Notes under the pieces: generated by a model
Database searches by the model: none
What the model was told of the DNA's origin: nothing
The model's input: only the letters and a program-made list of their open reading frames with translations
In this document: in pieces, positions 24,178 to 34,700 of the stretch
Layout: each line of letters begins with the position of its first letter
Numbering within the stretch: position 1 is the stretch's first letter
Assembly (NCBI GenBank): GCA_000004985.1
Contig: GG738855.1
Origin: Naegleria gruberi
Taxonomy: Eukaryota
Length of the DNA stretch: 64,000 bases
Strand: one strand, 5' to 3'
Program-made: the position numbers and the translations under genes

Positions 24178-25410
24178 ATGTCTGTAAGCCGTGTCGTTCT
24201 TGCCCTCTTCCTTATTGCCATCTTGATGGTGTGTGTTGAGACTAAGGTTATAGTTCGTGATATTTTGAAGGAGAAGAAAGCTCAACTCGAACAAGTTAAG
24301 GATGCCATTCAATATAACAAGATTCTTTTGGAAAGTGTTGAATCATTCCGTACTGGAAGTGATAACATTGATTCCTATGTTCTTCAAAATACGCTCAATG
24401 CTAAGAGTTTGGCAGAGGCTGAACAAGCTTTATCTTTGGAAATTAGAGTTTTGCAAGCCCGATGTGATAAGTTTGCTGGTGATATGTGTGAAGCTACAAC
24501 AACAACAAACACTGTCAAGCCACCAGTTATTACAACACTTTCTGTTGATCCAAAACCAGTTAAGCCATCTACAAATAGTACCGTTAAACTACCAGTTAAA
24601 CCAGTTGTTGGTTTACCAAAGCCAGCTGTTAATTCAGTTGTTACTTGCTTCGGTGTAAAATCTACTGATCCAAAGGTCTGCAATGGTAACGGTGTTTGTT
24701 CAAAGAAGGATACATGCACTTGTAATAGATCTCATAGTGGAAAGGACTGTAAGGAATCATTCCTTCCAGCAGTTAAGCCAGTTTCCCCAACCAATACTAC
24801 CAAACCAAGTACTCCAGCCAAACCACCAGTTAAACCACTTTCTGTTGATCCAAAACCAGTTAAGCCATCTACAAATAGTACCATTAAACCACCAGTTAAG
24901 CCAGTTGTTAACAATACAACCAAACCAATTGAGCCAACCAAGCCAACTAAGCCAGTTACTCCAGTTAAGCCAGTTGCCCCAACCAATACTACCAAACCAG
25001 CTACTGGAATGGTCACTCATTCTGTAGCACCAACCTTGCCAATCAGTTCAAGCAACTCTACTGCTACTCCAAAGACAGTTAGGCCAACCAAACCAGCTAC
25101 TAAATCAGCCAAGAAAACCAAGTCAGTTAAGCAAAGAAAGGTTTCAACAAAATCAGCACTTAAGCCAAGAAAACCAGCCGCCAAGGCAACAAAGGCAGCT
25201 AAACCAGTTAAACTAGCTACCAAGCCAGCCACCAGATCAGGACTAAACAAAAAAGCAAAACCTACAACCAAATCAGTTAAGCCAAGAAAGGTTTCAACAA
25301 AATCAACTGTTAAGGCGGCTAAACCAGCTAAACCAACCAAACCTGCTACTACAGCCACACCAGCCCAACCAACCACACCAACTCAACCAAGCACACCAAA
25401 TAAGAAATAA
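24178..25410 (+). CDS. Secreted mucin-like protein: signal peptide, one EGF-like module, then Pro/Thr/Lys-rich tandem repeats.
   Basis: ATG 24178 with hydrophobic leader (VVLALFLIAILMVCVETK). EGF-like CFGVKSTDPKVCNGNGVCSKKDTCTCNRSHSGKDC. Repeated KPVKPSTNST.KPPVKPVV units. DNA-level ~300-bp duplication at ~24538-24610 and ~24838-24910. KPxK/TKPA-rich basic tail. Confidence 0.6.
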   Translation: MSVSRVVLALFLIAILMVCVETKVIVRDILKEKKAQLEQVKDAIQYNKILLESVESFRTGSDNIDSYVLQNTLNAKSLAEAEQALSLEIRVLQARCDKFAGDMCEATTTTNTVKPPVITTLSVDPKPVKPSTNSTVKLPVKPVVGLPKPAVNSVVTCFGVKSTDPKVCNGNGVCSKKDTCTCNRSHSGKDCKESFLPAVKPVSPTNTTKPSTPAKPPVKPLSVDPKPVKPSTNSTIKPPVKPVVNNTTKPIEPTKPTKPVTPVKPVAPTNTTKPATGMVTHSVAPTLPISSSNSTATPKTVRPTKPATKSAKKTKSVKQRKVSTKSALKPRKPAAKATKAAKPVKLATKPATRSGLNKKAKPTTKSVKPRKVSTKSTVKAAKPAKPTKPATTATPAQPTTPTQPSTPNKK

Positions 25411-25414
25411 ATAT

Positions 25415-26828
25415 TTATTTCTTCTTTTTTTGTTCATGACTTGCTTTCAATCTAGCAAAAACAAACTCAACAATTAATAAAATATTACCCACTAAAAAGA
25501 TTAAGGTAATGAAATAGAAAAAGTTTGCATTACCAGTTCCCTTAAAATTCCAAGTGTTGAAACATATTGGACCAAGGAATAATGTAGCCAATAAAGTACT
25601 GACAATAAAGAAACCATATCTCATATTACCACTGACATCCACAAATAATAATAAAAGAGTCATGTAAAAGTAAAAGTCTCCCAGGCATGGATAATTCTTA
25701 AATACTGAAATAATTGCTATTTGTACTACACACCAAAAAAGTCCATCGTTTTTGAATCTAATTGTCAAAGGAATAATGTATGCAAATACATGAAGATGGA
25801 AAATGAGAAGGAAGAAAGTTCTAAAATCATTAAAAACCTCAATAAAAAAATACCACATAGTTCCCCAATTTGGTGTTAGATCTTCCAGTGACATTGGATA
25901 ATAGTAACATTGATACATGAAACTTTGCATTATTTGAATAGACTTGTCATTGAATATTTGAGTCATGATTGAATTATTAACATTCGTCTCATCATGATTT
26001 AATATGAAAATAGAAGCCAGTACGAGAATTGCCATCCACGCTATGAAAAGCACAGTTGCTTTGAATGCAATTGCTGTTGTTGAAGGCGCTTGATTATTTC
26101 TTAATTGAATGCTTCTCAAAATTAAAACAACTCCAATCAACAGGCACACAGGATAAAGTGTCAAATAAGTCCCAAAGGCCAAGAATAGAGTACTCATGGT
26201 GAGATTTGACTTGCTTGCAAAATATAACGCTCCCACAATTGAAATATTGTTAAAAATAACTGTAGACATACTGATACAACTTCCAATCATTACAGGATTG
26301 AATAAGTACGCTAAAAACAAAAGGGTAGGGAGATTATTAGAATCTTGCTTGTTTTCAATTTTTTGATTTTCAATGTATGCAAAGATTAATCGTGATTCGA
26401 ATGCATTTTTAGCAAGTCCAAAAATTAAATATGCAACCACTAAATCCAATACAATATAAATACATCTGTCAATCCACAAATCAACTTGTTCCATTTCAAA
26501 CATTTCACTCAACTCATTTGATATTCCGAAAGGTATTAACAGTAGAGGAGGTTGTAAATATGATGAACTTGAATATGGGGATTGTCCAATACGCGTCAAG
26601 AATAATCCTTCCTTTACTATTTAATTATTAATAATTAAAAATAATTAAATATTCACACCTACATCTTTTAAAACTTGTTGTTGGTGTCGAAAAATGTATA
26701 TCATTCTCTAATGATTTATCAAATCCGTAATAAAATAGCAAAACTCTTATTAGGATTGCCAATACTGACGCGATCACAAGTGGTGCAAGTTGGTGCGATG
26801 AAGATTTTGGTGAGTTGAGAGGCTGCAT
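25415..26828 (-). CDS. GPI transamidase component PIG-U (CDC91-like). Two exons, approximately 26828..26659 and 26616..25415.
   Basis: Exon 1 (ATG at 26826-26828) reads ..LLFYYGFDKSLENDIHFSTPTTSFKRC. The 42-nt intron GTGTGA..AAATAG runs ~26658..26617. Exon 2 reads ..SKEGLFLTRIGQSPYSSSSYLQPPLLLIPFG.. and downstream LTPNWGTMWYFFIEVFNDF...FYFITLIFLVGNILLIVEFVFARL. Both are collinear with conserved PIG-U segments (..[22 protein letters not shown].. and LTPNIGLFWYFFAEMFEHF...[25 protein letters not shown]). Confidence 0.8.
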
Positions 26829-26935
26829 TTTTTTTATCTGATTTATTACTTTTTATTTGGCCTTCCCGCCTATATTTTGTACAATTTTCGAGAGGTTGGA
26901 TATTAATAAAACAACAAGAAATACAATCATAAAAA
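26829..26935. promoter_or_regulatory. Short divergent intergenic region between PIG-U (-) and the Tctex gene (+), a putative bidirectional promoter.
   Basis: Head-to-head ATGs at 26828 and 26936, only ~107 bp apart. Inference from gene arrangement, no motif identified. Confidence 0.3.
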
Positions 26936-27454
26936 ATGGAAGCAAGTACATCCCAACTTTCCGAGATGGCATCATTTCAATTGAGGCCAAATTTTCGACA
27001 CAAGTAAGTTTATAGTTGTAATTAAAATCGGTTCGATGCCTTTCAATAGGTTTAAATCTGCTGAAGTAAAAGAAATAATTAAAGATGTGGTAACAAACCG
27101 ATTAAAAGGAAAGGAATATCAAATGGAACAAGTACAACAATGGATAAAGGACATTTGTAATGAAATAAGAGACAAGTGTATGGAATTAAAATATGAAAGA
27201 TATAAATTTATTGTAAATGTGATGATTGGAGAACAGAGAGGAGAAGGAGTCAAGTATGTATTAGTATTTTACATGTTGAGCTAAGTGTTCAAAATTTAGG
27301 ATGGGATGTAGATGTTTTTGGGATGAAGATTGTGATTCATACGCTACTCATACATATATGAATGTAAGTCTTTTACATATTTATTGTTATCTTAGAGTTT
27401 TTTTAGCAAAGCTTATTTTGTGCTGTAACAACATTCGGAGTGTACAATTACTAA
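26936..27454 (+). CDS. Tctex-type dynein light chain (DYNLT). Four exons, approximately 26936..27003, 27050..27253, 27300..27363 and 27407..27454.
   Basis: ATG 26936. Exon-1 donor GTAAGT at 27004. Exon 2 = ORF 27036..27284 frame (..QVQQWIKDICNEIRDKCMELKYERYKFIVNVMIGEQRGEGVK) with GTATGT donor at 27254. Exon 3 MGCRCFWDEDCDSYATHTYMN, compare DYNLT1 ..SSCFWDSSTDGSCTVRWEN. Exon 4 QSLFCAVTTFGVYNY*, compare ..KTMYCIVSAFGLSI. All phases consistent. Confidence 0.7.
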
Positions 27455-27479
27455 TAAATTACTACTTTACAAGATCTAG

Positions 27480-30400
27480 TTATTTGATATGAGTTTTGGA
27501 GCCGTTGTACTGCATTAGTGTTGAAAAGTTATGTTTTGGAGTTGGTTTTTTCTTATTTCTGAGTCCTTCTTCCAATGAGTATGGAGATCTAGCTGGAGTT
27601 TTCTTTGGAGATTCTTTTAGAGGAGATGATTTAAGTGATTTCTTTGGTGTAATTGAATCAGAGGAAGAGGATGGCGAAGAAGGCATAACATCTTTGAAGA
27701 GAGATGTTGGTGAAGAGATTTTAGCTTTTGGTGATACACTTGTATTGAGTTTCTTCTCCATGGAAGGACTTTTAGATGTAGTACTTGATTTTGGAGAAAG
27801 CTGTGAAGAACCCTCAATACGATCAACCAGTCTTCTAATAACATTACAAGTTTCCCGCTCTACTTCAGTCTCTTTCTTGTCCACACTTTGGAAGAAATGA
27901 TTAACCTTATCTGGAATGATCAGGAAAAATTCCAAACAAGCATTAATATTTACAGTGGATTCTTGGATTGGGTCTTCAAAATCTTCACTATGTAAAAACA
28001 CCTGTTTCTTTACAGGCGAATTTGTTCCTTTGAATTTTTCCTTAAATGTTCTTAGTTGAGTACTAACTACAGCCTTCTTTCTTTCCATATCTTTGAATAA
28101 AATGTTGGAGCGATTATCGACCTTCTTAATGTCATCTTCCATATACATTTCCATTTCCTTTCTTCCTCTATCAATTCTTTGTTGGGTAACAGATAATTCT
28201 TGGAGTTGTTTACTTGCCACGAATTCCAATTTTTTTGTAACGTGTTGCTCTTGTTGGTGATAAAAGTTAATAATATCTTTTCTCTCCAAATTGGTAATTT
28301 TTTCCTCCATTCCAAGTCCTCTCTCGTACTGTTTCGAAGAGGCTATTAAATTATAAAGTGATCTTTCAGCAAGTGTATTTTTCGAAAAGTTTGGCTTTTT
28401 TCTTCCAAAACTAACTCTTAGCTTTTCTTCTTGTTGAACAATTTCATGTTTGTGTCTTTCTGTAATATCTAAAAGAATCTTACCAGACAATTGATCATAT
28501 TCAAGGATTCTCTTTGTCCACAAATCTAATATTTCTAGTTTTTGATCTTCAAGAAGTTCCTTAATGTTCTTTTTTCTTTGTTCATACTCTCTCTCAAATC
28601 TGTCTTCAATTTTAATCACCTCAGAGAGAATTTCTTTTCGTATCTTGATATCAAATGTATTCAGCGTGTTGAAATCTCGTTGTTTTTCATAAACTAATCG
28701 TTGATTATCGTACTCTTCAATGGAATTTCTTATTGAGAGTGTATTAATTCTTTGATGTGAAAATAATCTTCGTGGAGAAATTCTAGACTTTAAACCATTT
28801 GAGAGGAAATCTTCAATGACAATGTTAAACGAAGGAGAGTCTGGTGTAAATAGTTTAAGATCAATATTTGGTCGTAGTTCAGGTTGGGGAGTGGAAATAA
28901 CAGGCTCTGAGTCTTGAATATCTTTGCTCTTCTTTTCAATGCTCTCGGAGAGGAATCTAATTTCCTCTCTAATTGCTTGTTCATATGATGAAAAATCACC
29001 CTCAAAGGAGGCGAAGACCTTCTTTTCCAAGTCATCATAACCAGCTTCTTCATTAAGCTTGGATAAAAGATATTCTTCAAGTACGGATTGCTTAATAGAT
29101 GATTCGTCAATATCATCTTCATCATTGCCTCTATCAAGAACATCGAGTTGTTCTTCGTAAGGTGTTTGGTACATATAGCTATTGTTGTTACTCATTGCAT
29201 CGGATTTAACAATATCTACAGGTGAGTCTTGTTGTAGCTCCTTTTCTGAAATGTTGTCTTCCTGTTGGGCTTGTTGTTGAACACAGCTATCAGTTACCGA
29301 TTTGCCGTCCTCGTGTGTTCGTTTTTTTGGAAATGAAATTGTTAAATCATCATTTACGGTGGTTTCAAAATTGTGGGGCGTTATCAGCTCGCTTTTTGCA
29401 ACTCTCTCTTCATTACTGCTAATTGTAGGAGGTTCTATTAATTGTGGTGATTGAGAAATTTCGTTTGGAGTGTTGGTATTGGCAATTGTTGGAATTTGAT
29501 CATTGATTTCAGTATTTTGTTCTGGCTGGACTTCTAAAGTTTCCTTAATATTGTCTTTTTCTTCAACCACAGGTTCTGTAACAGTGGTATCGATATCGGC
29601 TTCTGTAGGAGTAGGAGTTTCGCTGGGTTGGGGTATTGTCACTTCTTCGTCTTGTATTTCCACAGAATTCTCTGTGGAAACAGTTATTGGTTCCAGATCC
29701 TCTTCAACTTTTGTGTTAACTTCTGGATGTTCTTCCAAAATATTCCTCATTTCAAGATCATCATGTTGAGCAACTGGAGTTATTTCGTTTGCTTGAATAT
29801 CTGAAGAATTTTCAATTTCGTCATCCTTTTGATCAATTGAAGTTTCATTAATAATGTTGGAATTCAATTCAAAACAACTGACTGGTTCAGCAGGGCTGAA
29901 TTCATCTTGATCTATTGAATGTTGATCTTCTCCCTTTTCTGTACAACTCAATTCAACTGTTTCTGTTTCTGTAACAATACCATTCGTCTCACATTCATTT
30001 TCATTCTCTGTATTTTTGGGTGATTCCTCACTCCCTAACACTTCTGTAGTGGTATCGAGTATTACCTTAAGGTCATATTCAACAGTGGTTTCCTCGCCTT
30101 TAATCATCTCTTCATTGATTGTTGTGGGTTTCATTAATTGTCGTTCAGTGCTCACCTCCTCTGTGTGTTCTATAATTTCTGTTTCTTTTTTCATTATTTG
30201 TGATTCAGTGTTCACCTCTGTCTCGTTTTTCTTCTCTTGAACTTGTTGGACAATTGAATCAGAAATTTCGATAATGTCCTTGTTTTCCTTTTCAACCTCA
30301 CTTATAAGTTCTGAAAAAGACGTTTGTTCCATATTTTCAGCGTCTTTTGCCTCTTTGCTTTCTTCAGTTGGTTTTTGTTCGATATTTTCCATATTTTCAG

Positions 30401-31700
30401 TTTCTGAATCGTTTGAATCCTCTTGAAATATTGGAGTATTGTCAGATCCATTCATTTGGGGAAGCTTATCAGCACTTGTTTCTTCTGTAGTTGCTTGAAT
30501 ATCAATTGAGGTTGTTGTGGGGTCCTCTGATCGAGCTTCCTTAATAATTTCTTTTGAAATCTCGATTAATGGTTCATCATTCATTGGTTCATGTGAGTGC
30601 TCTTCTTGAACTGGAATAGTACTACATTGTTGTTCCTCCTTTTCCACTACAAGTTCATCAGTTTTTTTACACTCCTCCTGTTCTTCCTTTGGTGGATTTT
30701 CCTCAATCGATATTATATTTTCGAGTGGTGAAGATGATGGATCTATTGATTTATCAAGATCATTATTGCTATCTACTATTTCTTCAGTTTGAGTCTCCTC
30801 CCGTATCTCATCCTTTACAATTGTTGAAGGGAAGGAATCATCATTCTTAAGCTCGTAAACTATTGATGATGTAAGGGATTCCGCACTGCTATCATCCTCA
30901 TCTTCCTCGTTTAATCTTTCCAAATAGGAATCATGTTCCGGTGGTGATAGATTCAAGTAGCAAACATTTAAATTAATTAAACTTCTCTTCCTCTCTGTTG
31001 ATGAGGAAGAAGAAGGAGACTGATTTGGAAAGTTATGAAATTCTGTAACAAGATTGTTATCCACAGAGAGTTTCAGTTCAGAAGATGATGATGCACTACT
31101 CTTATCTACAGATGGCGTTGGTGATGCCTCTCCTTGATTCTTAAGCAGATTACTGGCTGCATTCAGAATCGATGAAGAAGTCATGGGTGTGAGTGTGTTT
31201 TTTCTGGATGCTCTTGGTTTTTTAGGGATTTGTTGTGTAACGGTGAGATTTTCTGTTGAGGAAAAGTCTGGCTGTTGAGTTGGTGAATCAATAAGAGCAA
31301 AGTGATGCACTTGTCTTTTTGGTTCAGAAGCAGCATCATGTTTTAGAATTTGTTCTTGTAATTTATAATGATGATAAGGTGATGATACTGAATGTCGGGT
31401 TCTTGATGTTGAGGGAACCGCAGTGTTTGAAGAAGAAGTGGAGATGTGATGCGTGTCACCACCTCCATCATCATGATGTACAACTGGTTTGAAGAAAGCT
31501 CTTGTCCTTCTCCTTCCCTTATTGTTATCAATCCTGTTTCCTTGATCACTGCTTAATGATGATTGGAACTGTCTTAGAGCCTCCTCTTCTACTGTTCCAT
31601 CATCGCGTGAATTATGGTTACTACTGAACCGTATGGTGTGAGACATTCTTTTTGAACATGGAAGTTGATTGTTCAATTCCAATTGCCCTTTAAGAAGCAT
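27480..31700 (-). CDS. Hypothetical 1406-aa protein: S/T-rich N-terminus, very long acidic (E/D/T) low-complexity middle, C-terminal coiled-coil region.
   Basis: Single ORF from ATG 31700 (cat at 31698-31700). No recognisable catalytic motif. C-terminal ~450 aa has heptad-like K/E-rich segments (..EYEQRKKNIKELLEDQKLEILDLW..). Stop is 25 bp from the Tctex stop on the opposite strand. Confidence 0.5.
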   Translation of the reverse strand: MLLKGQLELNNQLPCSKRMSHTIRFSSNHNSRDDGTVEEEALRQFQSSLSSDQGNRIDNNKGRRRTRAFFKPVVHHDDGGGDTHHISTSSSNTAVPSTSRTRHSVSSPYHHYKLQEQILKHDAASEPKRQVHHFALIDSPTQQPDFSSTENLTVTQQIPKKPRASRKNTLTPMTSSSILNAASNLLKNQGEASPTPSVDKSSASSSSELKLSVDNNLVTEFHNFPNQSPSSSSSTERKRSLINLNVCYLNLSPPEHDSYLERLNEEDEDDSSAESLTSSIVYELKNDDSFPSTIVKDEIREETQTEEIVDSNNDLDKSIDPSSSPLENIISIEENPPKEEQEECKKTDELVVEKEEQQCSTIPVQEEHSHEPMNDEPLIEISKEIIKEARSEDPTTTSIDIQATTEETSADKLPQMNGSDNTPIFQEDSNDSETENMENIEQKPTEESKEAKDAENMEQTSFSELISEVEKENKDIIEISDSIVQQVQEKKNETEVNTESQIMKKETEIIEHTEEVSTERQLMKPTTINEEMIKGEETTVEYDLKVILDTTTEVLGSEESPKNTENENECETNGIVTETETVELSCTEKGEDQHSIDQDEFSPAEPVSCFELNSNIINETSIDQKDDEIENSSDIQANEITPVAQHDDLEMRNILEEHPEVNTKVEEDLEPITVSTENSVEIQDEEVTIPQPSETPTPTEADIDTTVTEPVVEEKDNIKETLEVQPEQNTEINDQIPTIANTNTPNEISQSPQLIEPPTISSNEERVAKSELITPHNFETTVNDDLTISFPKKRTHEDGKSVTDSCVQQQAQQEDNISEKELQQDSPVDIVKSDAMSNNNSYMYQTPYEEQLDVLDRGNDEDDIDESSIKQSVLEEYLLSKLNEEAGYDDLEKKVFASFEGDFSSYEQAIREEIRFLSESIEKKSKDIQDSEPVISTPQPELRPNIDLKLFTPDSPSFNIVIEDFLSNGLKSRISPRRLFSHQRINTLSIRNSIEEYDNQRLVYEKQRDFNTLNTFDIKIRKEILSEVIKIEDRFEREYEQRKKNIKELLEDQKLEILDLWTKRILEYDQLSGKILLDITERHKHEIVQQEEKLRVSFGRKKPNFSKNTLAERSLYNLIASSKQYERGLGMEEKITNLERKDIINFYHQQEQHVTKKLEFVASKQLQELSVTQQRIDRGRKEMEMYMEDDIKKVDNRSNILFKDMERKKAVVSTQLRTFKEKFKGTNSPVKKQVFLHSEDFEDPIQESTVNINACLEFFLIIPDKVNHFFQSVDKKETEVERETCNVIRRLVDRIEGSSQLSPKSSTTSKSPSMEKKLNTSVSPKAKISSPTSLFKDVMPSSPSSSSDSITPKKSLKSSPLKESPKKTPARSPYSLEEGLRNKKKPTPKHNFSTLMQYNGSKTHIK

Positions 31701-31796
31701 GCTTGATCACACAACCTCAAAACACCGAAAAACAAATATGATATTTCTGATCTGAAAATTTTGATAAGTAATCCATTTTAATTTATTTTGAAATTT

Positions 31797-34700
31797 TCAG
31801 ATTGTTTGCAACTCTGAACTAGCACTAGGTGGAACAGAAATTTTCTTCTTCTTCACACAATAAACAATCAATCCAATCACAACCAACCCAAAAATCAGAA
31901 TTGGAATAATCAATGCCAATGCTACCAGAGCTACAAGTCCAATAACATTGTTTTGCTTGGTTAAACTAGTTTCTGCAAGAATTGAAGAATTTTCCATTAT
32001 TATTTGTGACGGTGAGGGTTGTGGATTAGTTGAGGTGTAAGTAATAAAAGAAATGGTTCTCCGAACTGTTTCGATCAGAGTAACATTTCTTGCAAATTGT
32101 GAACATTTACAATAATAGTTATTATTATTCACTGTTTCAATTAGGCATGAATCAACAGCACTATGGCACTCAATGTGTGATGATACTGTTTCATTCTTTC
32201 TTGTAGTTGAATTAATGAAAGTAGTAATAGTATGGGAGAGTGTTGTATTTTCAAAGTTGAATGAATAGGAAATAATTTTCTCATTTACAGAAGATTGTTG
32301 ATAGTAATTTTCACAAGATACCATAAATGGTAAACTTCTTATCGTTGTTTGCACTTCAGTATTATTATTAACTTTTTCATAATTTTCTATTTCATTATAT
32401 TTTGTATTATACTTTATAATTCTATTAAATATTTGTTGTCTAGTATTACCAAAATATTTAATCATTTGTTTTGGATATTTAACAAAGTTATTTTCAGAAT
32501 AATAAATTATTGAATTTGAAAATTCGGAAGGATACATTCTTGCAGAAAGGATTGAGTAAAAATTTGTGAGACTCATTATTTGAAAATGATTCTTCAAATT
32601 AATTATATTCAAATTAGTACTAATTTCAATAATTTCTTCCCAATTATCTAATTTCTTTCCATTATTTAATGAAATTCGACTGTTAATCATCATTTCTAAT
32701 ATGTTATTCATTATTTTTCCCAATTGATCTGCTAATTCCAAATAAGTTAATTTTAATATTTCTGTAATTCGGGTTTTAAATAATAAATATACAGAATTGT
32801 ACATTTCCTCATTAATTTCATCATAATTTTCAAAGAGATGATAAATAAAAGCCATTTCAAATGATAATTGATTTCCATTCATTTGGAATTCATTTCTATC
32901 CAACATTTCCTCAATTAGTAATTTAGAAGAATTCCATTTTTCACTTGAGACTTGAATCCATTCATTAAAACTCATACTACAATCACTCTTTTTGAATCCA
33001 TTTACGCATACACATGAGACAGTTTCTTCATTATAACTAGCTCCATTCGCACACATACCTCTTATAGCTCTTTTAGATCCTGAAATTTTCTTAACCATTG
33101 CTTCAGAAGTAATTGTACTGTAGCTGTAAACTATCTTTTTAGGATCGTTGGAAGAAAGGGTTTTATAAATGGCATCCCAAGAAGATTTCTTCTTTTTCAC
33201 GTCAGCGATGGTAGATGCTGGAGGAAGTAATAATGCTCTATTTAAGGTAACTTCTGATTTGGCGCCAGTTTGAATATTCTTATTTGAAATGTACAGTGTT
33301 ACGGTCTCATCATTGCCTGTATATGGCAGGGGTGTTTTAATGATTAAATTTCTTGTCTCTAAAAGTTGAATTTTCAAATTAGTTTTGAGATCTAAAAAAC
33401 TTAATTGTAAAATTTCAGTACTTGATTGTAGACAGCTTGAACATGAGATTGTAAATACTGTATCAATGGCGTATCCAATTGAAGGTGTTATTGAACATAC
33501 ACAAGATGTGGGATTATCTGCAATCTTGAATTCGTAATTATAAATAGCAAAACTATTTACAGATCTAATTGCCATAAATGTGATTACATGTGATGTTGTT
33601 GTAGAGAGTGTGGAAAGGTCTAATAATATTTTGTTCGCATTGACAATATCAGATCCTGGTAATAATATGGAAGATGGTATTGTTTTGTTATCTATTTTCC
33701 ATTCTCTGACCATTAAATAATTAACGTCTTCAGCTTGATTATCTAATTCAACAAGTAGTTGAATTTGTAATATATCTGATGATATAAATACTGTTTTTTG
33801 CGGGTACATTGATAAAACTGTAATGATTGGTACGCTTTCTTGAATTGGAAAGTTAATCAGTATATTTCCAGTCCTATTATTTATGGCTAATCTTAATTCA
33901 ATTGATTCATGAGTTGAAGTTATTGTAAAATTATGTAATTTCATCAGAGCACTGGTATTTAATTGTTTAGTTAAAGATTCATCACATAGATTTTTACCAT
34001 TAAGACAATTCCATTTCCATTCATACTTATCAATTAAATTACTTTTATCCATTGGATCAGTTTCTATATTAATCATAACTTGATTTGATGTCAATGATGA
34101 TTGTAAAAGTATGATATTATAATCTTCATCAGTAGTTATTATTTTAATTTGCTTTGTTGAAGTAAAATTATTAAAATTCAATTTCAATTCGAATACATAT
34201 TCTCCTTTCAATAAATTATTTGATTGAATTAGTAAATCGTAATTTGATAGTGTTTCAACATTTAGAGTGTATCCTAGGATTTGTTTCCATTCTATATCAA
34301 ACTTTGAAATATCGTCTTCATGACATTCATTAAACGTTATATATTTTGAAATGTAGCGAGGTAATCTTTCCATATTTGTGTAAATCGTTTCAGAGTTTGA
34401 TATTTCTAAAATGGGAATACATGTTAATATTTCACATTCAATTCCACTCACAATATAATTCCCAATAGTAGTATTACATTTACAGTTATCGGTTGATTCA
34501 CAAATTCCTCTTCCTGAACAAACAGTTGAGATATTTGAAATCCCAAAGCAATTAACTTTCTCTTCTTTAAATTCACATCTGTTTCCATAAAATCCTTCTC
34601 TACATTGACATTTATCGAAACCAGTACATATTCCTCCTCCAGAGCAAACATTTGAATCGTTCTGAGAAATTCCAAAACACATCAAAAATTCACATACAGA

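Noticed and set aside
25017-25376. Several overlapping ORFs on both strands within 24302-25376 (for example MVGWAGVAVVAGLVGLAG...).
   Set aside because: Artefacts of the Pro/Thr/Lys tandem repeats of the mucin-like gene. Alternative frames of a repeat remain open.
27301-27492. ORF track entry MGCRCFWDEDCD... called as a separate 63-aa ORF.
   Set aside because: It is exon 3 of the Tctex dynein light chain read through into the following intron. The true exon ends at the GTAAGT donor at ~27364.
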